Assembly (NCBI GenBank): GCA_963833705.1
Contig: CAWHYQ010000001.1
Coordinates: 499,583-563,582 of the forward strand
Direction of reading: 5' to 3'
DNA length: 64,000 bases
Source of the DNA: an uncultured Chloroflexia bacterium
GTDB taxonomy: Bacteria > Chloroflexota > Limnocylindria > Limnocylindrales > CSP1-4
The notes below the pieces were generated by a model. It worked only from the letters and a program-made list of their open reading frames with translations. It was not told the origin of the DNA and did no database searches. A program made the position numbers and the translations under genes. Shown here piece after piece: positions 17,709 to 26,200 of the stretch; within the stretch, counting starts at the first letter, position 1; the number at the start of each line of letters is the position of its first letter.

Positions 17709-19511
17709 GCGAGGCTCCCGGCGAGGACGGGCTCGCGACCCGCAGCCGCCAGGATCGCGGCGGCCTCGGGATGGCTGCCCGAACTGGCGACGTCGCGGAT
17801 GTCGAGCTGGAGCGATTCGAAGCCACCGAACGTCCGACTCGTCAGGCGCGCGACCACGTCGAGCCGGTCGCCCTCATGCACGGCATCGGCGATGTCCGAG
17901 CGCCCGAAGGCGATCCCGTCGAGCACGTCACGCTCGCGTCGCAGGGTGAGCTGCGTGTGGCCACCGGTCGCGGCCCGGACGCGGGTCACGGTCAGCCCGA
18001 GGACGGCGACGAGCGGATCGGGATTGCCGGGACCGCACGGTGCGAGACCGGCCAGCTCGCGATACAGGTCGTAGTCGACGCGCTCGCGCCGGCAGGGCGA
18101 GGTCGATGGCCACGACGACCCGCGGATCCGCCGGGGCGGTCGTCGCGGCGATGGCGAGGAAGCGCCCGCGGAACGCGTCCCACTGCTCCGCCGGCAACTC
18201 GAAGCCCGCCGCTCCGGCATGACCGCCATGGCGGATGAAGAGGTCGGCGCAGCCCTCGAGCGCGGCGGCGAGGTCCATCGACCCATCGCTCCGGCACGAC
18301 GCCCTGACGACGTCGCCGACGTCGGCTCCCACGACGGCGGGCACGCCCCGCTCCTCGGCCAGGCGTGCGGCGACCAATCCGACGATGCCAACGCCCCACG
18401 GGCCGCGGATCACGACGGCACCATCGGCGGGGGCCTCGCCGACCGCGACCCGGGCCTCGGTCAAGGCGGTCTTCAACAGGTCGCGGCGCGCCAGGTTGGC
18501 CGCCTCGAGCGCATCGGCATGGACGGCCGCCTCGCCCGGATCGTCGGCCAGCAGGAGCCGGGCCGCCTCGATGGCCTCCCCCACCCGGCCCGCGGCGTTG
18601 AGCCGCGGCGCGAGTGCGAAGGACACGGTCTCGAGGTCAACGGCGTCGGGCGCGATCCTCGAACGTTCGAGCAGCGCGGCGATACCGGCGCGCGGCGCCC
18701 GGCGCAGGCGGTCCAGACCCAGGCGCACGATCGCCCGGTTCTCGCCGACGACCGGGGCCACATCGGCGACCGTGCCGATCGTCGCGAGGTCGGTCAGGTC
18801 GAGGGCGGCGGCCGGGCCACCGGGTTCGTCCGCCAGGAGCAATTGGGCCACCTTGAACGCGACGCCGCTGCCGGCGAGACGGCGGTCCGGGTACGTCGCC
18901 TCGGGCCGGTGCGGATTGACCAGCGCGAGCGCGGCGGGCCGGGTGGTCGGGACGCGATGGTGGTCCGTCACGATGACGTCGAGACCGCGCTCGTTGGCCG
19001 CGGCGACCTCCGCGACGCTCGTCGAACCGCAATCGACCGTGACGATGACGCTCGCGCCGCACCCGACCGCGGCGTCGATCGCCGCGAGGGACAGCCCGTG
19101 GCCCTCCTCGAGCCGGCTCGGGACATACGGTTCGACGGCGAGGCCGAAGCGGCGCAGGGCGAGCGTCAGGATCGCGAGTCCGGTCAGGCCGTCCGCATCG
19201 AAGTCGCCGAACACGAGGATCCGCTCGTGCCGGTCGCGCGCCCGGCGCATCCGCTCCAGGAGGAGACCCGCGTCGGGCAGTCGGGCCGGATCGTGCAGCC
19301 CATCGAGTGGGTCCCCGAACCAGGCGGTCAGGTCATCCCCGGTGCCCGCGCCGCGGGCCGCCAGGATGGCCGCCAGACGCGTCGAGGTGCCGTGCTCGGC
19401 CGCCAGCGTCGCGGCCGAGGCGGTTGGGGTGAAGGCGTTCGGGAAGGCCCAGCGGTAGCGCGGTTCGACCACGTCGTCAGGATGCCACGAGACGCTGCAC
19501 CACGGATCCAT
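17705..19511 (-). CDS. recJ: single-stranded-DNA-specific exonuclease RecJ, interrupted by one apparent frame change near 18085-18092
   Basis: DHH motifs (ILVFGDFDADGLTG, IVTVDCG, VTDHH, GGHAGAAG). ..VVVAIDLALPA continues in the adjacent frame as ERVDYDLYRELAGLAPCGPGNPDPLVAVLGLTV.... Confidence 0.85.
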
Positions 19512-19532
19512 CGCCCGGGTGCGCCATGCGGT

Positions 19533-20747
19533 TCAGGACGCGGTACGCCGGACGCGCGGGCTTCGGGTCGATGCCACCCGACCGTGGCGGCGGTCGTCCC
19601 AGAGATGCCAATCGACCAGCAGCGGCGATGCGACGAAGATCGACGAATACGTCCCGGAGATGATCCCGATGAGCAGCGCCAGGATGAAGTCGCTGATGGC
19701 GGATCCACCGAACAGCAGCAGGGCCAGCAGCGTCAGCACCACGGTCAGGCTGGTCATGATCGACCGCCCGAAGGTCTGCAGGATCGAATGATTGACGATG
19801 TCGGCGAAGGGCTCACCGATATGCCGGGCCTTGTTCTCGCGGATTCGGTCGAACACGACGATGGTGTCGTGCACGCTGAAGCCGATGATGGTCAACATCG
19901 CGGTCACGAACAGCGCGTCGATCTGAACGTGGAAGAACGTGCCGAGGATGGCGAAGAAACCGACGACGACGATGACGTCGTGGAGCAGCGCGATCAACGC
20001 GGTGACCCCGAACTTGACATCGCGGAACCGGTAGGTGATCCAGAGCAGGATCCCGATCGAGCCCACGATGATGAGGATGATGGCCTGGCTGATGAGGTCG
20101 GAGCTGACGACGGCGCCGACCGTGGTCAGGCTCGCCTGTTCCGCGATCGGGCCCAGGTCGTTCTGGAGCGCCACGACGACCTCGCCCAGCTTGCCCTCTG
20201 TCGGGAGCTTCGTGTTGCCACCGGTCCCGGCCCCGGGCGCGCCCGATACGCTCGGCGAGGCACCCGGTGATCCCGACGGCGCCGGCGAGCCGGAGGCCGT
20301 GGGTGAACCGGACGGCGTCGGTGACGGGCTCGGGTTGGACGAGGCCGCGGGGCTGGACGAGGCCGCGGGGCTCGCGCTCGGGTCCGTGCTCGCGCTGGTT
20401 CCTGCCGACGGTGACCCGCTCGGTGGCGGCAGCGTGACGACCGGGGTCGCCGACGGAGCCGCGTCGCGCAGATCGATCAGGGCGACCGTCTTGACATCGA
20501 TGAAGCCATTGCTCGTCTTGACCGCGGTCGCCTCGAGACCCTGCTTGGCGAAGACCGCCTCGACCTGGTCAGGCGTGACGTTCGGATCCTGGAACCGGAT
20601 CGACCAGGTGGTCCCACCCGTGTAGTCGATGGTGAACTGCAGCCCGGCGTCAGAGATCGGCGTCAGGAGGATGAAGAACAGGCCCGGGATGGTGAGGACG
20701 AGGGAGAGGAGGTAGAACCAGCGCCGTTTCCCGATGACATCAAACAC
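19533..20747 (-). CDS. secF: protein translocase subunit SecF, with a Ser/Pro/Ala-rich insertion
   Basis: FTIDYTGGT and the C-terminal SecF TM core (ITYRFRDVKFGVTALIALLHDV..., FSVHDTIVVFDRIREN). Confidence 0.9.
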   Translation of the reverse strand: MFDVIGKRRWFYLLSLVLTIPGLFFILLTPISDAGLQFTIDYTGGTTWSIRFQDPNVTPDQVEAVFAKQGLEATAVKTSNGFIDVKTVALIDLRDAAPSATPVVTLPPPSGSPSAGTSASTDPSASPAASSSPAASSNPSPSPTPSGSPTASGSPAPSGSPGASPSVSGAPGAGTGGNTKLPTEGKLGEVVVALQNDLGPIAEQASLTTVGAVVSSDLISQAIILIIVGSIGILLWITYRFRDVKFGVTALIALLHDVIVVVGFFAILGTFFHVQIDALFVTAMLTIIGFSVHDTIVVFDRIRENKARHIGEPFADIVNHSILQTFGRSIMTSLTVVLTLLALLLFGGSAISDFILALLIGIISGTYSSIFVASPLLVDWHLWDDRRHGRVASTRSPRVRRTAS

Positions 20748-22095
20748 GCGCGCGCGCCTCGCCTCTGGCCGACGGGCGAACGGCGCCCAGGGCGACGAAC
20801 TCGTCGCTCCGCAGCCCGTACAGCCCGGGCTTGCGCGCCCACGACTGGCGGACCACCCAGCGCAGGATGGTGCGCGTCACGACGATCGCACTGAACATCG
20901 AGACGAGGACGCCGATGATCAGGACGAGGGCGAACCCGCGGATGACCGACGAACCGAAGGCGTACAGGATCGTGGCGGTGATGAGGCTTGACACGTTCGA
21001 GTCGAGGATCGAGTTCCAGGCCCGGTTGAACCCGGCCTCGACCGCCGACGGCAGGGCCTTGCCCAGTCGGAGCTCCTCCTTCATCCGTTCGAAGATGAGG
21101 ATGTTGGCGTCGACCGCCATGCCCACCGAGAGCACGAAGCCCGCCACGCCGGCCAGGGTGAGCGTCACCGGCACCAATCGGAAGATCGCGTACATGATGA
21201 GGGTGTAGACGATGAGCGCAAAGCTCGCGACGAGCCCGGTCAACCGGTAGTAGATGATCATGAACGTGATGACCAGGGCGATCCCGATGAAGCCGGCGAG
21301 CAGGCTCTGGTCGAGGAACTGGCTGCCGAGGGTGGCGCTGATCGACTCGCTCGAGAGCTCCTTGATCGGGAACGGCAGCGAACCGAACTTCAGGACGGTG
21401 ACCAGGTTCGCGGCCTCCTTCGGGGGGAAGCCGGCCGTGCCACCGGTGATCTGGCCCGAGCCGTTGGGGATCGAGCCCTGGATCGTGGGCGAGGAGATGA
21501 CCGTCCCATCGAGGGTGATCGCGAAGAACTGTCCGATGTGGGATGCGGTGTACTCCGCGAACGCCTTGGCTCCATCGCCCTTGAGCACGAAATCGACCGC
21601 CGGGCGCCCGGTCTGATCCTGGCCGACGCTCGCCGACTGGACCTGGTCGCCACTGAACAGCGGCGGGTGCAGCGTGAGGTCGAGGACCTGCCCCTGCTGC
21701 GCGCCGGTCGTGCCGAGCGGCACGAAGTCGAGTCGTCCGGTCTGACCGACGAGGCGCCGGACCGACTCGGGGTCGGTCACGCCCGGCAACTCCACGACGA
21801 TCCGGTCGGAGCCCTGGGTCACCACGACGGCCTCCGACACGCCCGTCTGGTTGACCCGTCGCTCGACGATGTCCTTGATGACCGACATGTCGCCGGCGCC
21901 CGGTGAGACGCCGTTGACCGGCTGCGCCTGGTACTCGACGCGCAGACCGCCACGCAGGTCGAGGCCGAGTTTCGTCTCGATCAGGCGCGTCCCGTCGGTG
22001 CTCGTATTGTCCGGCAGGTGCAGCCCCGGGAAGAAATCGATCGTCAGGGCGAGGATGCCGATGAGGAGGATGAGGATCGGACCGGCTTTACGCAT
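20740..22095 (-). CDS. secD: protein translocase subunit SecD
   Basis: LGLDLRGG, GRLDFVP, and TM core ..LTLAGVAGFVLSVGMAVDANILIFERMKEE. Confidence 0.9.
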   Translation of the reverse strand: MRKAGPILILLIGILALTIDFFPGLHLPDNTSTDGTRLIETKLGLDLRGGLRVEYQAQPVNGVSPGAGDMSVIKDIVERRVNQTGVSEAVVVTQGSDRIVVELPGVTDPESVRRLVGQTGRLDFVPLGTTGAQQGQVLDLTLHPPLFSGDQVQSASVGQDQTGRPAVDFVLKGDGAKAFAEYTASHIGQFFAITLDGTVISSPTIQGSIPNGSGQITGGTAGFPPKEAANLVTVLKFGSLPFPIKELSSESISATLGSQFLDQSLLAGFIGIALVITFMIIYYRLTGLVASFALIVYTLIMYAIFRLVPVTLTLAGVAGFVLSVGMAVDANILIFERMKEELRLGKALPSAVEAGFNRAWNSILDSNVSSLITATILYAFGSSVIRGFALVLIIGVLVSMFSAIVVTRTILRWVVRQSWARKPGLYGLRSDEFVALGAVRPSARGEARARV

Positions 22096-22104
22096 CGAGG
22101 CGGG

Positions 22105-22110
22105 ATGTTA
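22105..22110 (-). promoter_or_regulatory. -10-like TAACAT, 9 nt upstream of the secD ATG (leaderless-type)
   Basis: The minus strand reads cgtgTAACATcccgcctcgATGcgt. There is no SD sequence. Confidence 0.35.
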
Positions 22111-22343
22111 CACGGAACGTCGGGCCACCGCCCCGAAAGGGGATGGGCGCGACGAGCGTGGGGCGGACGTCTGGAACCGAAGCGGACCGGTCACGGTTCG
22201 GCGACCGTCGGTGGCGTCTGGGTGCATCGGGCGGGCGTTCCTTTGGGCGGCGCGACCCACATCGGGGCGATCGGTTCGACCATACGGGGCGCCGGTAGCG
22301 ATGCGGTGCGCCGAACGATGAAGAAGTCGCTACCGAGCGCCGA

Positions 22344-24194
22344 TCACGCCTCCAGGGTCGCCTTGATCCGGGCGGCCAGCGCGGCGCCGATCCCCGGCAC
22401 GGCGGCGATCTGCTCGACCGGCGCATCGCGGACTCGCTTGATCGAGCCGAACACCTTGAGCAACTCGCGCTTGCGCTTCGGTCCGACGCCCGGCAGTTCA
22501 TCGAACGCCGACCGGACATTGCGGCGGGCGCGCAGATCGCGGTGATAGGTGATCGCGAACCGATGCGCCTCGTCGCGGAGCCGCTGGACGAGGTACAACG
22601 CGGGTGACGTGACCGGCAGGACGATCGGATCGACCCGGTCGGGCAGGAACAGCTCCTCGCGCTCCTTGGCCAGCCCGGCGAGCGGCAGGTCGTGCAGGCC
22701 GAGCTCATCGAGGACGGCCTTGGCGGCACTGACCTGCCCCTTGCCGCCGTCGACGATGACGAGGTCGGGCATCGCCCAACGGCGAGCCTCCTCCACGCCC
22801 TCCTCGCCCGTCCGCACGGAACGGAAGCGACGGCGCAGCACCTCCTGGTGGCTGGCGAAGTCGTTCGGACCGGTGACCGTCTTGATCCGGAAGCGGCGGT
22901 ACTCGCCGGAGCGCGGCTTGCCGTCCTCGAACACGACCATGCTGCCGACCAATTCGCTGCCCTGGAAGTTGCTGATGTCGTAGCACTCGATGCGGAGCGG
23001 CGGGCCGGGCAGGCCGAGCGCCTCCGCCAACTCCTCGAGGGCGGCCAGGGTCTTGCCCTGGTCGGCCAGCCAGCGAGCCTGCTCGCGAGCTAGCGTCTCG
23101 GCGGCGTTGCGGGTCGCGAGGGCCATCAGTTCACGCTTCTCCCCGCGTTGGGGCACGCGCAGGTGGACCGGACCCCCCCGTCGGTCGGCCAGGAACGCCT
23201 CGAGGTCGGCGCCGTCGACGATGGCGGCCGGGACGTAGACCTCGCGCGGGATCGACCCTGCCCGAGCGTAGTACTGCTCAAGGAAGCTGGCGAGGACCTC
23301 GTCGTCGGTCGCCTCGCGGACGGCATCGAGCAGGAACACATCGCGGCCGATCAACTTGCCGTCGCGGATGACGAACAGCTGGATGGCCGCCTGGTTGTCC
23401 TGGCGGGCGACGCCCACCAGGTCGAGCTCGGTCTTGGCGAAGGCCGCCATCTTCTGGCTCTCCATCGTCCGCTCGATGGCCCGGATCTTGTCCCGCAGCG
23501 TCGCCGCCCGCTCGTACTCGGTCCGCTCGGCGGCAGCGGTCATGTCCTTCTCGAGCGCCTTGACCAGGGTCTCCTGACGGCCCTCGAGGAAGAGCTCCAC
23601 CTGTTCGATGTCGGCTCGGTAATCGGCCTTGGAGATGGCCGTGATGCACGGCCCCTGGCAGCGCTTGATGTGATAGAGCAGGCACGGTCGCTGGAGCGCG
23701 CGGACGCCGTCCTTGATGTCGATGGTGCAGGTCCGGAACGGGAACAGCCGGCGCACGAGGTTCATCGATTCGTCGACGCTCGACGCGGACGCGTATGGGC
23801 CGAAGTACCGGCTGCCGTCGTTGACCAGCTTGCGCGTCCGCTCGACGCGGGGGAACTCGTCGCCGAGGGTGACCTTGATGTATGGGTAACTCTTGTCGTC
23901 CTTGAGCCGGACGTTGAACCGGGGACGGAAGCGCTTGATCAGGTTGGCTTCGAGCAGGAGGGCCTCGGAGACGGAGTCCGTCTGGGTCACCTCGACGTCG
24001 ACGACTCGGTCGATGACACTCCGGATCCGGTGGATCTCGCCACCCGGAGCCTGTTTCTGCCAATAGGAACGGACCCGGTTGCGCAGGCTCTGCGCCTTGC
24101 CGACGTAGACGACGTCCCCGCGGGCGTCCTTCATCAGGTACACGCCGGGCTTGTCGGGCAGCTTGGCCAGGGCGGATTCGAGTTCGGGGGTCAC
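22344..24194 (-). CDS. uvrC: excinuclease ABC subunit UvrC
   Basis: GIY-YIG N-terminus (PGVYLMKDARGDVVYVGKAQSLRNRVRSY), UVR domain and C-terminal HhH region. The start is GTG. Confidence 0.95.
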   Translation of the reverse strand: MTPELESALAKLPDKPGVYLMKDARGDVVYVGKAQSLRNRVRSYWQKQAPGGEIHRIRSVIDRVVDVEVTQTDSVSEALLLEANLIKRFRPRFNVRLKDDKSYPYIKVTLGDEFPRVERTRKLVNDGSRYFGPYASASSVDESMNLVRRLFPFRTCTIDIKDGVRALQRPCLLYHIKRCQGPCITAISKADYRADIEQVELFLEGRQETLVKALEKDMTAAAERTEYERAATLRDKIRAIERTMESQKMAAFAKTELDLVGVARQDNQAAIQLFVIRDGKLIGRDVFLLDAVREATDDEVLASFLEQYYARAGSIPREVYVPAAIVDGADLEAFLADRRGGPVHLRVPQRGEKRELMALATRNAAETLAREQARWLADQGKTLAALEELAEALGLPGPPLRIECYDISNFQGSELVGSMVVFEDGKPRSGEYRRFRIKTVTGPNDFASHQEVLRRRFRSVRTGEEGVEEARRWAMPDLVIVDGGKGQVSAAKAVLDELGLHDLPLAGLAKEREELFLPDRVDPIVLPVTSPALYLVQRLRDEAHRFAITYHRDLRARRNVRSAFDELPGVGPKRKRELLKVFGSIKRVRDAPVEQIAAVPGIGAALAARIKATLEA

Positions 24195-24200
24195 CCCTCG

Positions 24201-24206
24201 ATGCTA
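24201..24206 (-). promoter_or_regulatory. -10-like TAGCAT, 6 nt upstream of the uvrC GTG (leaderless-type)
   Basis: The minus strand reads gcgcTAGCATcgagggGTGacc. Confidence 0.4.
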
Positions 24207-24310
24207 GCGCGCGGCGCCGACGAACGCCCGGAAGCCCTCCACCGCGGAGGGGCTTCCATGATCGGCGCTTCGGAGGCCCGTCGGTGCGACGGGCCTCGAT
24301 GACGGTCGGG

Positions 24311-26200
24311 CTAGTGGACGCCCCTCGGCTTCTTGGCGTCGAACACCGTCGACAGGTCGTTGACGGCCGCATCGCGCGTGCCGAGCGGCCCGAGGTCGAA
24401 GCGGTGCTCGATGGTGGCCAGGATCGAGGTCGTGTCGTGCTCGACGCTGTCGACCACGAACCGGCCCTTTAGGTGCGGTGCGACGATGAGCGTCGGGATG
24501 CGCGTGCCGGGCCCCCACACGTCGTGCGGCCCGTCCGAGCCCTGCCGGGCGGCGACACGTGATCCCACTGACCACCGAACTCGTCGTAGGTGACGATGAC
24601 CATGGTGTCGCGGGCGCACTTGCTGTTCTCGATGGACTTGAGCAGGTCCACGAGATGGTCGCTGCCGTCGGGCTCGCTGGCGTAGCCCGGGATGTTCGTT
24701 CTCGGTCCCGAACGGCTTGATGAAGCTGACCGGCTTGAGGTTGGCAGACGTTGGCCGAGGCGTTCGCGAGCTGCGCGAACTCGACCTCGTCCTTCAGATG
24801 GGCGGCGCGGTTCGCCTGCCCCTGTGGCGTCGCCGTCGAGAATGCCGCGAAGTAGTTGAATGGCTGATGGTGGTACTGGAAGAGGTTGTCCGGGCAGCGC
24901 GGCCACTGGGCCGCCGGTACGCCGGCACGACTGTTCGGGTCGACGTACGGATCCGAGCACCCGGTCGGCGTTGCCGACGGAGCGCTGCCGTTCGTCCAGC
25001 CGGGCGCGCCGACGTCGCCGTCCGCGTTCGACCAGCCGCCTGCGTACCAGGCCCAGTCGACCCCTGCGCCGGTCAGCCGGTCGCCGATGGTCGGGGCCGT
25101 CTGTGCCGGGAGGAGCGCTCCGAACGTCCCCGACGGGATAGAAGGTGGGCTGCATCGTGTTTACGCCGTAGTTGCCGCAGGCGCAGCTCGTTGAGTGGCG
25201 CGCGTCAGCGTCGCCACCTGCGCGCAGGTCGCGGTCAGCTCGCGATCCGGCGGGATCGGCGTTGGTGTGATCGTCGACGTGTAGAGCGGCTCGTTCGACG
25301 GCATCCCGTTCGCGTCGAGGACCGGATGACGCGTCTCGTTCGCGCCGCCCGGGGCTCCGCCCGGATCGACCGGCGATGCCGCCGCGATCAGCCACTGGTG
25401 GTTGAGGAATGACCCACCGAAGGCGGCCTGGAAGAAGTTGTCGTCGATCGCGTAGTCCGGATGGCCTGGCTCGTGCAGGTACTGGTAGATCGGCAGGGCC
25501 TTGGTGTCGTAGACACCCATGGCGAGGCCCATCGCGTCGCTGCCGGTCACGTAGCGGTCCTGCTTGCCGCCGTCGAGCTGGTACTGCTCGTGGTAGAAGC
25601 GGTGGACGATGTCACGGGTGCAGCCGCCCAGGGGCCCCGGTGCCGTTGAGCCAGCCGTTGCCGCCCGGGCTGGCGAAGCCGAGCAGCGGGTTCGGCGGAC
25701 ATGTCGTGTCGGTCGCCGCGATGTAGTGATCGATCGTGAACGGCGTATTCGTGAAGTGGCTCGACGAACGCGCCGCCTGGTGTCCCGGGCGTCGAATCGG
25801 TGCATGTGGCGTGAGCGGGCTGGCGCCGGAGGTTCGACGTCGTTCTGCTTCAGGCAGGCGTAGGGGTTGCCTGCCTGGTTGACCTGCGGTCGTGTGCGCG
25901 GCGTCGGCGTTCGCCAGGCCGTTCACGCCCTCCCAGCCGCCGTACAGGTTGTCGAAGCTGTGGTTCTCCTCGTAGATGACGACGATGTGGTTGATCTTGT
26001 CGAGGTCCTTCGGATTCGCCGGAGACGAGACGAAGAATTCGGCCAGCGCCCCGGTCCTGTCGAGCAGGTCGTTCGCCTGCTTGATCCAACTCTTGGCCTG
26101 CTTCTCGTCGATGGCCTTGTTGCGGAACTCGGCGTCCCACAAGGCAGCCCGGATCTGTGCCGCGAGCGCGTCCCGTTGCGCTCCCAGGCTCGCCAGGATC
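24311..26200 (-). pseudogene. AcpA / phospholipase C-type phosphoesterase domain, broken by at least ten frame changes and one in-frame stop
   Basis: Family-typical peptides appear consecutively but in alternating frames. In order they are:
- DKINHIVVIYEENHSFDNLYGGW
- VNQAGNPYACLKQNDV
- HFTNTPFTIDHYI..NGWLNGTGAPG
- GCTRDIVHRFYHEQYQLDGGKQDRYV..FGGSFLNHQWLIAA
- CGNYGVNTMQPTFYP
- TIGDRLTGAGVDWAWYAGGW..FQYHHQPFNYF
- ANLKPVSFIKPFGTENEHPG
- YASEPDGSDHLVDLLKSIENSKCARDTMVIVTYDEFGGQWDHVSPPG
- GPHDVWGPGTRIPTLIVAP..DTTSILATIEHRFDLGPLGTRDAAVNDL. Confidence 0.8.

Noticed and set aside
22096-22343. Searched for yajC or another small ORF upstream of secD.
   Set aside because: The only ATG-initiated frame is 30 codons of Pro/Ala/Thr-rich text with no TM helix and no SD. 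It was not called.
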